A stretch of 64,000 nucleotides of DNA from Euglena gracilis (taxonomy: Eukaryota). Under the pieces are notes generated by a model, which saw only the letters and a program-made list of their open reading frames with translations, searched no databases and was not told the DNA's origin. The position numbers and the translations under genes are program-made. Location: contig CP154954.1 of NCBI GenBank assembly GCA_039621445.1, forward strand, positions 47,161,847 through 47,225,846. Direction: 5' to 3'. Shown piece by piece: positions 1 to 9,827 of the stretch (the first letter of the stretch is position 1; every line of letters starts with the position of its first letter).

Positions 1-625
1 CTGACTGTCTCCCATCAGGATGATGTCGTCCAGGTATACAAAGCATAAAGGCCTTTGGCCCTCCAACGTTTTTCCAGGCATTTCATTAGACTCATGAATT
101 TTTCTGGCATCACATTTAAACCAAAACAAACTGCCTGGAATTCCCAGCATGTGTCTTCCAGAGTCATCCTCATGTAGGGTCTTAGGGCTGGGTTCAACAT
201 TAAATGAAAGTAGGCGTCCTTTAAGTCTACTTTCGCACCCCATTGTCCTTTTTTCAGGAGCCTGAAGATGACCTGGATGTTGTCCAGTTTGAAGGGGTGG
301 GGGAAAAAATGCTGGTTCAGCTGGCGACAGTCGCTGATTAAACGATGTTTCTCCCCCTGAGGTTCTTTTTTGGAGATTAAAAACCAAGGGATGGTGTGTT
401 GGGTACCTTCCCAAGGGACTGGTTTTATGGCTCCTGCCTGAAAATAGTCTTGTATAATACTTTTTGCCTTTTGTATTTCCACCTTTGACTTTGGTATGGA
501 ACATGTGCTGAGGGAGAGGGGTCACTCCCAAGGGGGGGTTACCCCCTGTGCGATGAGTTGCAACACCCTGGGGGGGCAACCTTTTGCCACCATGGCAGCT
601 GGTCCTGAAGCCTCTTAAACAGAGG
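1..625 (-). pseudogene. DIRS reverse transcriptase N-terminal part, frameshifted
   Basis: LFKRLQDQLPWW..., the 15..482 ORF and YLDDII lie in different frames. This could be decay or homopolymer sequencing error. Confidence 0.8.
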
Positions 626-732
626 CACTCCCAGAAAGTGCTCCTCTGTCAGCAGCAGCACCTCGGTGATCTGTTCCAGAGATCTCAAGCTTGCAGCTTC
701 CCACAGCGTGCAGATGTCTTGGCTTCTGCCCC

Positions 733-1512
733 TCAGGCTGGTTGACTTTGTGGCACAATGCCCAGCTCTGGGGGACACAATGTCCTTTTGGGACTTGATG
801 AGTTCTGACTGAAAAGGAAGGAGCAATACTTCCTGGCAAGGTGTTGGGCAAACCATTTTCCTCCTTTGGACTTGCCTTTCCCTTTGGGGCCAGACCGCCA
901 TGGTCTCGGTTGCCAATTTGTTTGCCATTGCTTGAACTTCCACACTTTTCCACCTGTGGGGGTGGGTATATGCCACATGGGGAACTCACCCATGAAGGGG
1001 GATTTGATACCCTCTTTGTTGATGCCAGCTTGGGCTTTGGCCATTTTGATGTCTTCAGGGGTGAACAGGCCATTCCCTGGCTGTATGGTCTGAGGGATGC
1101 TCCTCCTCTTCCTCTCCTTGACAATGTGCCCTTCACAGGCAGCCACATATGCGAATAATTGTTGGCTCAAACCCAATATGTCTTCAGGGGCTCCTTGTAA
1201 GGTGCAGTGCAGCGCTGCCAAGATACGCAGTATGTTCAAGAACTTCTGCTGGACTGCACGCATGGTGCGGTCATACCCACTCTTACCGTCTTGACGGTGG
1301 TTGTTTTCCTCCGCTTTGGGCTTCAGGGTCTTCCAGGTGGGTATCTGTTCCAGCAAACTTCGTACTTCCAACCGTAAGTCCCCAGACTGTACCTGTGTGC
1401 ATATCCCCTCCAGGTCCCCCGGCAGTGCCTCCTCGGCCGTCTGCAAGGGGAAGTCCTGGGCTTCCTCCGCCGCGCGCGCTGCCTCCTCGTCGCGATCCAT
1501 CTCCGCCGCCAC
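733..1512 (-). CDS. Putative gag-like protein of the second DIRS copy (true start unresolved)
   Basis: Lies directly upstream of and overlaps the RT frame; helical core followed by a basic G/K/W-rich tail. No diagnostic motif. Confidence 0.55.
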   Translation of the reverse strand: MAAEMDRDEEAARAAEEAQDFPLQTAEEALPGDLEGICTQVQSGDLRLEVRSLLEQIPTWKTLKPKAEENNHRQDGKSGYDRTMRAVQQKFLNILRILAALHCTLQGAPEDILGLSQQLFAYVAACEGHIVKERKRRSIPQTIQPGNGLFTPEDIKMAKAQAGINKEGIKSPFMGEFPMWHIPTPTGGKVWKFKQWQTNWQPRPWRSGPKGKGKSKGGKWFAQHLARKYCSFLFSQNSSSPKRTLCPPELGIVPQSQPA

Positions 1513-1844
1513 CGTCGTCGCCCACTTCTCGTACAGCTTGAATTCTGAGCTCCAATGACGGTATCGAGACGTTCTTCGTGAGTGAGACGCTGTAAAGGTA
1601 CCGCAAGATATGGTTGTAGGTTACACTCCACCATAGCCACTCCAGTGAGCTTCCGTGCGGCAAGGGCACATCGGGCTGTATCCAACCCTGCTCCAGTCCA
1701 CTTCTTACCTGAGCCAAATCGTGGCCATCACGGCGGTAGCGTCGGCATCTGGCAAGAAGGCTGTTGTCAGCGATTCTTGTAAGAAAATGTTGCTCCACGC
1801 CGCTTCGAAAGCCTCTTTGTCGGTCTCGTCTTGCAGGTGCGAAA

Positions 1845-1972
1845 GACACCTCGGGCTCCGCACTTTGCCCTTGTGAGGCCATGCCTTGCTCGCCGGCGGT
1901 TTGTTGTGTGATTGTTCGCTGCGCTGGGTTAGGAGGTCCTGCTTAGTGCCTTTTTTCGCCGGAGTTGGCTGA
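1845..1972 (+). repeat. DIRS left end (lE + left ITR)
   Basis: 1869-1972 is the near-perfect reverse complement of 6222-6323; 1845-1880 is complementary to ICR 5984-6019. Confidence 0.93.
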
Positions 1973-2128
1973 TTCCTAAATTGCCCTTCGACACCCCAGA
2001 AGAAAGGAACTGAGTTTCAAACGAAGGAGAACCAAAAGGAGAAGTCAAAATCAAAAGAATATCCAGAAGAACAAGAACCAGAGGAATATCAATTGAGAAT
2101 TCAAATATCAATTTCAAAATTGACTTCG

Positions 2129-3238
2129 ATGAGCAATGAAGTGGGGAAGAAACTGGAAATTTGCGGTCGACGTGAACTACCTGGAGCAGCTGTCGCCGCG
2201 GCAGCCGGACGACCTGGAGGTGCAGACGACATGTGGCGAACCGTGGCCGCCCCTCCCCCCCAGATCCCAGTTTCAGAAATTTCCCAGCAGAAAACCCCAC
2301 CCAGTGACGGCCACGGCCTGTGGACCACAGTGGCCAGAAAGACCAGAAGGAAGAAGGAACCCCCAGCCCAGCAGCACCGCCTGGGCATTGGGGCCCAATC
2401 AAGCAAGAGGGGGCAGAAGCAGACCACAGGATTCCACAGACACGTTCCACAATGGCGCCCAGCCGCCAGACCACAATTCGAACAGAAGTGGAGAAGATGG
2501 AATCAAGGCCAAGGTGGAGGCCATGGTGGCCAATTCCAGAAGCAATTCCCTTCAGGAAGAGGGAGAAAAGGTCTGCCACATCCCCCCAACCTTTCTAACA
2601 CAACAACCCCTCTCAAGGGGAGGAAGGGGGGGCACAGGAGCCCCCCCAGATTTCATGTGGAGCTGGAGACCAATGTCAAACTCAGCCCCATGGAGGGGAA
2701 ATCAGGGCCAAGGCGGCCAGAGTTTGAATCATTTGCACGGCCATGGTGGCCAAGAAGTGCAGGGCCATGGAGGCCATTATCTTCAGGGCCAGGGCGGCCA
2801 GAACTCACAGGGCCATGGTGGCCAAAGGGGTGGTCCAGAAATGGCCCCCCAGAAGCTAAGGTGCCAACCTTATATCAAGCATCTCCAGCCCCAGGAGGAT
2901 GCCCTAGAGAGGGCAAAGGAGGACGAGGGGGTCAACCCCCCAAATCATTTAATTCTACCCATGGAAGGGGAAATCAAGGGGGGGACCCTCAGTGGCCCCC
3001 CTATGGTATGTCGTCAGACAACACGAAGGACAAGATGGAGCAGAGAGCCTGTGAGAGAGAGGGTGAGTGCATGCACACCCCCCCATCCATTACATCAAAC
3101 TCCAGGGGCACCAAAGGTTGTGAAATGTCCCACAACCCCCAACCAACCCCCACAAAATCATTTGATTGCAGATGTAAATTCCATGGAGGAAAAGTGGGGG
3201 GGGCACCCCCCTGCACCAGAGACTGCAAAAAAGTCTAA
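2129..3238 (+). CDS. DIRS gag-like ORF1
   Basis: First ATG ORF after the left ITR, G/Q/R/W-rich; a homologous sequence recurs at 46.7-47.8 kb. Confidence 0.55.
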   Translation: MSNEVGKKLEICGRRELPGAAVAAAAGRPGGADDMWRTVAAPPPQIPVSEISQQKTPPSDGHGLWTTVARKTRRKKEPPAQQHRLGIGAQSSKRGQKQTTGFHRHVPQWRPAARPQFEQKWRRWNQGQGGGHGGQFQKQFPSGRGRKGLPHPPNLSNTTTPLKGRKGGHRSPPRFHVELETNVKLSPMEGKSGPRRPEFESFARPWWPRSAGPWRPLSSGPGRPELTGPWWPKGWSRNGPPEAKVPTLYQASPAPGGCPREGKGGRGGQPPKSFNSTHGRGNQGGDPQWPPYGMSSDNTKDKMEQRACEREGECMHTPPSITSNSRGTKGCEMSHNPQPTPTKSFDCRCKFHGGKVGGAPPCTRDCKKV

Positions 3239-6200
3239 AATGGTGGCTGAAAAATGCCCCCCCAGCAACCTGCCAACTTATAAAAGATGGAATTCAACCC
3301 CCCTGGGTCAAACCACCAAAATTATCCACGCATCCAAAAACCAGAGCCAACCTAGATCTGAGACAGGCAGAAAAAATCCTGTTGGATTACGAAAAATCTG
3401 GGTCCATAAAGAGGGTTCAGGATTCAGGAACCCAACATCTAATTCCCTGGTTCCTGATATCAAAACCAGATGGGGGGCAAACGAAATGGAGGTTCATCAG
3501 CGACTGCAGGGAAATAAACCAAAATTTTCCCGTGAAAGCTTTCAAATTAGATCACATTCAAAACATTTTCCCAGTTTTGGAGAAAGGCCACTGGGCGGCC
3601 AAAATCGACCTGAAGGACGCATATTTTCACATTCCAGTGAACCCAACCCTAAAACCCTTTCTAAGGCATCAGGTGGGGGGACAAACCTGGGAATTCCAGG
3701 CAGGCTGTTTTGGCCTAAATGTGATGCCACAAATTTTTATGTCAGTCATGAAGACATTCGAGAAACGTTGGAGGAAAAAAGGAATCCAGGTTTTTATTTA
3801 CCTGGACGACATTTTACTGGTTGCCCCCACTCAAAATACATTGCAAAAAGACTTGAACAGGGTTGTAAGAGACCTAATCGACTCGGGGTTCAAAATAAAT
3901 GTCAAAAAGTCAACCTTGGAGCCCACACAGGTCGTAAACCACTTGGGCTTCCAGTTAAATTTCCAAGAGGGAAAATTACAAATTCCCCCACAAAAAGTGA
4001 AGACAATAAAAAAGGAGCTTGGGAAAATAGTGAAAAAAGATTTCATGTCGAAAAGGCAGTTAGCTGCCATTTTGGGTCAAATCAGGTGCAACCTCATGGC
4101 CCTGCCTTTTTTAAGGGCTTTCACAGACTCCCTAACAAGATTTTTGGTAAACAAGTCTGCAGCCCCATGGGATTCAAAGCATTCCATTTCACAGGAAATA
4201 AAAGCCCAATTGAGGGAAATAAAAAATCTGCTGGACTCCTGGGGGGGCAGACCTTTCCCCCAAAATGCAACAAGGGAGTTGCATTCAGACAGCAGCACCC
4301 ATGCCTGGGGGGGGCTGGACATTCACACTGGAGAAGTTGTCCAGGAGTTTTGGAGAGAAAACTCCATTTTACATATCAATGTCAAAGAATTACGTGCAGC
4401 CATCAGCACAGTGAAAAGTCTAAGCAGGCCAGGGGAAACGGTGTCCCTTTCAGTAGACAATCAGGTAATTTATTATTACCTGACAAAAGGGGGGGGCAGA
4501 AAAGACCCTTTCAACAGCCTTCTAAGGCCATTTTTCAAATGGTGCATGGAAAACAATTTAACTCTACAAGTGAAATGGGTTCCTTCACAGGAATGCTTAG
4601 CAGACCCCATAAGCAGGTGGGAGTCAGACAGGGGGGATTACTCACTGGACCCCCAGCTCTTTCAATGGCTAAGGCAGCATTTCAAAGATTTCATAAATTT
4701 GGAAACAGATTTATTTGCCTCCCCAGGCAACAAAAAACTGCCCAATTTTGTGGCCCGATGGCCCCACTGGGAGGCCAGGGCAGTGGATGCCCTCCAATGT
4801 CCCTTGGACAACATGGGGGGACTTTATGCAAACCCCCCCTGGTCAATCATTCAGCAATTTCTCCCACGATTGAGAATGTTTCCCCAGACCAAAGTTTTGA
4901 TGGTCACCCCCTTTTGGGATTCAGCCACATGGTGGCCCCAATTAATAAAGATGAAAGTGCCAGGAACCCCCTGCCTGAAAATCACCCCCTACAGGGGCAT
5001 GTTCAAAAACTGCAGGGGGGAGAAAATGCCACCCCCCAGATGGCCCCTCCTTTGCATGATTTGCTCAGGCAAATTCTGGAGGGGAAACAAATTCAGAATA
5101 AAACCATTGACGATTTCCTGGGGAGAAACCCCAGCTTAAAGCGTTATCAAAGCGCTTTTACACTTTTATGGGTAATCTTGGAAAAAATGGGGGTACCCCC
5201 CCCTGAAGCCACACCTGACCAAGTGGCTGACGCTTTGATACAATTATTTCAATTTTCCAAGTCCCAGGCCCGTAATGCCTACAGTGCAATGCTTTTGATT
5301 CCTGGGTTTGGTGGACTGAGATTCCACGCCATGTTGGCACCTTACAAGAGGCTCTGGAACCAAAATCTGGAGAAATATGGTGCTTTTTGGGATCCCCTCC
5401 CAATCCTCTTGGGGCTGGCCCAAGCCCCCTTTCCCACTGATATTTGTGCATTACGTACACAACTTATTTTTTGCTCACGAATCCTCTGTTTATACAGATC
5501 TTCAGATTTGGAGAGGATCAAACGTACCACCAGTGTGTTGGGCAAGGCGCCCTACATCAAAATCAGGCGTAAAGGCCAGAAATTCCATAAGTGGGAAAGA
5601 GTTGTGTCCATTCCACAATGCCCCAAAATAAGCCCATTTCATTTGATGATGTCTTATGTTGCAGCAACAAGGTCATTCGTGAGACCTGGGGGGCCCCTTC
5701 TGATTTCACTAAAACCCCCCTTTAAGCCCATAAGTGCAGACACCATTGCTTCCATAACAAAAGATTTTTTGGCCAAACATGGGGTGCCCCCCCAGGTGTG
5801 GGGGGCCCACTCCACCAGAGGAGCAGGAGTTGGTTTACTCAAAAAATTGGGCCTTTCTGCCCAAGAAGTTTGTGAAATTGGTCAGTGGAGGGGGGTGGAG
5901 GCTTTTACAGCCCACTACCAACGACTTGGTGCCCAAGGTGCCCTGGAAAATGCCCTGGCCCCCCTAATTTCAGTGCACAATCAGGCCTCACAAGGGCAAA
6001 GTGCGGAGCCCGAGGTGTCTCGTACTCCCTCGAGGAAAACCGACAAGGGAGGAAGGGACACCGAGGGCGAAGCACAAAGACCTTGTGAGCCCAACCCCCC
6101 CACCCATAAAAGAAAATTTGTGTTCAAAAGCCCTCGGTCAGAAAACGGGGGCCAGGGGGGGGAGAGGGGGGGGACCCCCCCCAGGGGCAAGAAGCCACGT

Positions 6201-6263
6201 CGCCAAGTCGGAGCAGCATCGTCAGCCAACTCCGGCGAGGCGGCACTAAGCAGGACCTCCTAA
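2136..6263 (+). CDS. DIRS tyrosine recombinase (domain about 5050-5950, at the end of a 1375-codon open frame)
   Basis: Catalytic residues R (LYRSSDL), K (RRKG), HSTR, GQW and HY are all present. Confidence 0.9.
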   Translation: MKWGRNWKFAVDVNYLEQLSPRQPDDLEVQTTCGEPWPPLPPRSQFQKFPSRKPHPVTATACGPQWPERPEGRRNPQPSSTAWALGPNQARGGRSRPQDSTDTFHNGAQPPDHNSNRSGEDGIKAKVEAMVANSRSNSLQEEGEKVCHIPPTFLTQQPLSRGGRGGTGAPPDFMWSWRPMSNSAPWRGNQGQGGQSLNHLHGHGGQEVQGHGGHYLQGQGGQNSQGHGGQRGGPEMAPQKLRCQPYIKHLQPQEDALERAKEDEGVNPPNHLILPMEGEIKGGTLSGPPMVCRQTTRRTRWSREPVRERVSACTPPHPLHQTPGAPKVVKCPTTPNQPPQNHLIADVNSMEEKWGGHPPAPETAKKSKMVAEKCPPSNLPTYKRWNSTPLGQTTKIIHASKNQSQPRSETGRKNPVGLRKIWVHKEGSGFRNPTSNSLVPDIKTRWGANEMEVHQRLQGNKPKFSRESFQIRSHSKHFPSFGERPLGGQNRPEGRIFSHSSEPNPKTLSKASGGGTNLGIPGRLFWPKCDATNFYVSHEDIRETLEEKRNPGFYLPGRHFTGCPHSKYIAKRLEQGCKRPNRLGVQNKCQKVNLGAHTGRKPLGLPVKFPRGKITNSPTKSEDNKKGAWENSEKRFHVEKAVSCHFGSNQVQPHGPAFFKGFHRLPNKIFGKQVCSPMGFKAFHFTGNKSPIEGNKKSAGLLGGQTFPPKCNKGVAFRQQHPCLGGAGHSHWRSCPGVLERKLHFTYQCQRITCSHQHSEKSKQARGNGVPFSRQSGNLLLPDKRGGQKRPFQQPSKAIFQMVHGKQFNSTSEMGSFTGMLSRPHKQVGVRQGGLLTGPPALSMAKAAFQRFHKFGNRFICLPRQQKTAQFCGPMAPLGGQGSGCPPMSLGQHGGTLCKPPLVNHSAISPTIENVSPDQSFDGHPLLGFSHMVAPINKDESARNPLPENHPLQGHVQKLQGGENATPQMAPPLHDLLRQILEGKQIQNKTIDDFLGRNPSLKRYQSAFTLLWVILEKMGVPPPEATPDQVADALIQLFQFSKSQARNAYSAMLLIPGFGGLRFHAMLAPYKRLWNQNLEKYGAFWDPLPILLGLAQAPFPTDICALRTQLIFCSRILCLYRSSDLERIKRTTSVLGKAPYIKIRRKGQKFHKWERVVSIPQCPKISPFHLMMSYVAATRSFVRPGGPLLISLKPPFKPISADTIASITKDFLAKHGVPPQVWGAHSTRGAGVGLLKKLGLSAQEVCEIGQWRGVEAFTAHYQRLGAQGALENALAPLISVHNQASQGQSAEPEVSRTPSRKTDKGGRDTEGEAQRPCEPNPPTHKRKFVFKSPRSENGGQGGERGGTPPRGKKPRRQVGAASSANSGEAALSRTS
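3178..5139 (+). CDS. DIRS pol: reverse transcriptase - RNase H - DNA N6-adenine-methyltransferase-like domain
   Basis: IDLKDAYFH, FGLNVMP, YLDD; RNase H HSDSS..WG, HINVKELRA, VDN, ADPISR; MT DLFAS..N and LYANPPW. The frame is open from 3178 with no ATG near its start. Confidence 0.93.
   Translation: MPWRKSGGGTPLHQRLQKSLKWWLKNAPPATCQLIKDGIQPPWVKPPKLSTHPKTRANLDLRQAEKILLDYEKSGSIKRVQDSGTQHLIPWFLISKPDGGQTKWRFISDCREINQNFPVKAFKLDHIQNIFPVLEKGHWAAKIDLKDAYFHIPVNPTLKPFLRHQVGGQTWEFQAGCFGLNVMPQIFMSVMKTFEKRWRKKGIQVFIYLDDILLVAPTQNTLQKDLNRVVRDLIDSGFKINVKKSTLEPTQVVNHLGFQLNFQEGKLQIPPQKVKTIKKELGKIVKKDFMSKRQLAAILGQIRCNLMALPFLRAFTDSLTRFLVNKSAAPWDSKHSISQEIKAQLREIKNLLDSWGGRPFPQNATRELHSDSSTHAWGGLDIHTGEVVQEFWRENSILHINVKELRAAISTVKSLSRPGETVSLSVDNQVIYYYLTKGGGRKDPFNSLLRPFFKWCMENNLTLQVKWVPSQECLADPISRWESDRGDYSLDPQLFQWLRQHFKDFINLETDLFASPGNKKLPNFVARWPHWEARAVDALQCPLDNMGGLYANPPWSIIQQFLPRLRMFPQTKVLMVTPFWDSATWWPQLIKMKVPGTPCLKITPYRGMFKNCRGEKMPPPRWPLLCMICSGKFWRGNKFRIKPLTISWGETPA
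5984..6089 (+). repeat. DIRS internal complementary region (ICR)
   Basis: 5984-6019 is the reverse complement of 1845-1880; 6020-6089 is the reverse complement of 6315-6384. Together they encode the circle junction gtacga|gacacc. Confidence 0.93.
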
Positions 6264-6384
6264 CCCAGCGCAGCGAACAATCACACAACAAACCGCCGGC
6301 GAGCAAGGCATGGCCTCACAAGGTCTTTGTGCTTCGCCCTCGGTGTCCCTTCCTCCCTTGTCGGTTTTCCTCGAGGGAGTACGA
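6222..6384 (+). repeat. DIRS right ITR + rE extension
   Basis: Inverted copy of the left ITR followed by a 61-nt extension complementary to the ICR. Confidence 0.93.
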
Positions 6385-9233
6385 TTTTGCATGATCAGCT
6401 TGAACGAATGGTCACAGCTCCGTGCCAAAAAACGGTTATGATCCGCCTATTCCGGCAAAGAAAAGCAGTAAGAAACACCAAAACCAACACCAGAAAAAGA
6501 CAAACAACAGCCGGAAAGAAGAGCAAGACCTCACCGGGGTCTTGTGCGGAGCTGTCCCCTGCAAATGGGGTTCATCCGTAAGTGAACCAAACCATTTCAA
6601 CCGTTTTTCTCTCTGCCTAATTGTGCCTAATTTTGGGCAATGCCTGAAATTGTGATGATGAAGGTTTTGCTCGCAGAAAATGAATTTCTTTCGAAAAACA
6701 AGCGCCCTAAATTCAACCTTTCTGCAAAATAACTATCCTGGTTCTCATGTGAGAGATGACGTGGGCAGAAACAGTGGCAGGGGCAGAAGTTTATGTGATT
6801 GTCAAGAACCTCCCTCCCGACTGGTTGGACACGTCTGGACAGTGGTGAGATTCTCACAAAAGCGATGATGGTGTTGGGATCTCTTGGTGTTGAAACATCT
6901 CCCAAACCAAAAAAAGCATCTGGTCAGAAACAACAAAGAATTCACTGGAAGGGCTGCACGAGAAAGCCCCAAACCGTTGCTTGCCGACCATGGGGGGGGT
7001 TTAACGACCGGGACCCCCACCCACTCACTTTCCCCCGAAAATGGCCGAAAAATCGCAAAAAAGCTAAAAATAGCACCTTTTCAAAAAATTTCAGCGCCAA
7101 AAAAAATATCCCACCCCAGGGGGGGGGGGGCTTGGCCGGACCACACCATTGCTGGGCGACCCCTGAGGGGGGGGGGGTCACTTTCCGCTCCGAAAAAACC
7201 AGTCAGTTACTTTACTCCCGGGGGGGGGGGGTCGACCACTCTTGAATTCGCTTATGTTGGCAAGGCACCATGGTGACGCAATGAGATTGGAGGTATGTTC
7301 TCATATGTGGCCCTCGCCCAATTTGAGGAAAAGGAGGCAGAGTTCAATCAGAAGAATGGTCACACAAATGTCCTGGAGTTTGCCTATTCCTTCATCATGA
7401 ATCAGTTGCCAAAAACTTCCAAAAAATTTCCGGCACCTTTGGCGCCAAGCCAGCCACTTTTTCATTTTCATGCCAACCCCCACCCCCAGACCGGACAGTC
7501 ATTCACTATTCCGAACCATACATCTCTCTAAGGTTTTGCGAACCCCCCCCCCCCGGGGGCGGCTGCAGTCAGCCCCGATTTGGGCCCAGCCCAGCCGCCC
7601 TCCCCCCGGGGGGTGCTGCTACCCTGATAGCCAGCCCCTTTTTGGGGGTCCAGCCCAAAATTTTTCGGCGCAAAGCGCAAGTTTTTTTTTGAAAAACTGT
7701 GTTCAAAAGTGGCCAAAAATGGGGTTTGGGGGGCGTTTGGGGCATTTTTTGGGGGTTTCAGATGCATCATTTTTTCAAAACTGTGTTCTGCAGGACATTT
7801 TTGGGCATTTTTCTGATTTCACTCCAGCTCGCCCCGGTTCGCGTCCAGCCGGGGTCCAGCCCCCCCACCCCCCCGCGGGGGGCGGGCTAGCCAGCCCAAA
7901 TTTCTAGCCCTAGCCCAGCAACCCCCCCCCGGGGTCCTGAAAAAGATGTATGTTCCGAACCCCCTCGGGCAAAAAATGGTCCATTTCGGCTGTTGTCGGC
8001 TGCGGGAAAGGTGGGAGCGTATTTTTGGGAACGGGTGGCCCTACCCCCAGGCCCTGGCAGGTTTGGCTCCGGGTGTGGGCACTGGGGGTGCCCCATGGTT
8101 GTGGTGCTACCAAAGAGCATGTGGAGGGTAGATGCATTTCCTTTTTTTGTTTTTAATCACAAATTGTGCTGCTTTCAACCACACATCCCCCCTGGTGGGG
8201 GGGGGTCGGCTGGACCCCCCCCCCCCGGGGTCCAAGGCAAAAAAAACCCCTGATACGCACACACATCTGTTTCTGTTGCCAAAGAAACCCCACACCAGCT
8301 GACAAAGAAGAGGTGAAGAAGACCCTGTTGGCCAGATGGAAATGAGCAGAGGTCAAATCAGAACCAGAGCTTCCAGGCTGGAATGCAGGTGGGTTTCTTC
8401 CTCAGAACTGGGAAAAATATTCGCACCGAGATGAAGGTTTTTTCTTGCAAAATCCTGGAGAATCGGAGCCAGCGTGTCGCTGAGCGACCCCCAAGGTGTT
8501 CCACACGAAAATTTGGGCTGGCTGACCCCCCCAGGAAGTGAGAATTGGCCAACTGGGGATTGAACCAGGAACCAAAAAAATCGAAACTGCACAATTTTTT
8601 CAAACTGCCAATCTTTTTCCACCCCAAATTATGCCCTGACCAGCTTTCTGAGCCACTTTGTGCACAATCACCGTCCAGCCGTCCCTTGGGTGTCTGAAAC
8701 TCATCAATTGGAGGGGGGGCTGGCTGGTTGGACCCCCAAGGGGGGGATGGGCGGCCCGTCGACCATTGACCTGATCGGGGCAGGTTGTATGGTTTTTTTT
8801 TGGTGAAAACAAAACCAGCTGGCCATCATTGAAAGCTCTGGGGCGACTCGAAATGGGAAGAGAGAAAGGGGGCAAGTCAATGGGTTGAACCCAGGGATGT
8901 GGAGGAGGTTGCAGGGATGTGGAGGAGGTTGGTTTAGGGCCCACAATTAAATCAATTCTCTGCAACTGTTGCTGCACAGTGAAGAAAAATTGATAATTTG
9001 GTCCAATGGGGTTCATTGGACAAAATTATTCGGCAAATCCCACTAATGAAATGGTGACAAAGTTGAAGTCCGAACTAGGGGGGGGGGCTGTGCAGGAAGG
9101 CCTGGTGAGGTGTAGACCCCAGGCTTCTTTTCACCAACGCCGGGGGGGGGGGTTCCTTGTGCTGAGGTGCCCCAGCAGGCACCCCCCCCCCCGGGGGTTG
9201 GACAGAGAGAGAGGGGTCCCCCACCCCTGTGGG

Positions 9234-9827
9234 TAGGGCAGAACGGGAAGGCCTGGTGGGGGGGTTGGTCGACCCCCCACTTGGGAGGTGGGGGGGGGGT
9301 AGACCCCTCCACCCACCACAGAATTTTCACCAATTTCGGGAAGACGGGGATTTTGGCCGGAAAAATGCACCCAACCCACATGATTTTTTTATGGAAAACC
9401 ACATTTTTTTCACAAAAAAATCTCAAACATTTCAGGGTAAAAAATTGGTAGTTTTTAGGGGGGGGGGGGTGAAAAAAATGCAGGTCAAAAAAAGTGGACC
9501 AAATTTTGGCACAATCAAATTTTACTGACATTTTTTTTGGACTTTAAATGGCATTTTCTTTGCTTCAAAACCTCTCAAAATCAAAAAATTGAGAAAATGT
9601 TGAATTTTTGGAAGTTGTGAAAAAATGGGGTTTTCAGGGATTTTTTGGGGGGCCTCCCATATGGGTCCCAAAATGGGGCAAAAAAACATCCGGCGCCAAA
9701 GGCCAGAAAATTTTTTTCAGGTCCAAAATTGGTGCTCCCGGAAACATGGGAGAGGTGGTGGGAGGGGGGGGGGGGTGGTTGACCCCCCCACCACCCTGGC
9801 TGTTTGGCCGATTCCCGTTCTGCCCTG
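9234..9827. mobile_element. Non-autonomous TIR element with 8-bp TSD (hAT-like)
   Basis: Ends tagggcagaacgggaa / ttcccgttctgccctg; TSD cctgtggg at 9226-9233 and 9828-9835. An inverted partial copy lies at about 42356-42830. Confidence 0.88.

Larger units (their letters stand above)
1..1512 (-). mobile_element. Second DIRS-like retrotransposon copy (divergent subfamily, frameshifted, cut by window edge)
   Basis: Gag-like ORF 733-1512 is followed by RT sequence homologous to the 3178-5139 RT (PWFLISKKEPQGEKHRLISDCRQLN, KVDLKDAYFH, FGLNVMP; YLDD in a shifted frame near 25-40). Frameshifts occur in G/C runs near 530-575 and near 50. Confidence 0.85.
1845..6384 (+). mobile_element. Complete DIRS1-type tyrosine-recombinase retrotransposon
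   Basis: Inverted terminal repeats 1869-1972 / 6222-6323; internal complementary region 5984-6089 matching both outer ends; gag, RT-RNaseH-MT and YR frames; no TSD. Confidence 0.95.

Noticed and set aside
7240-8400. In-frame TGA in coding-looking stretches (7274, about 8343) as codon reassignment or selenocysteine
   Set aside because: Alba and the transposase end in TGA; no homology is recognisable, so these are probably relics or unresolved exons.
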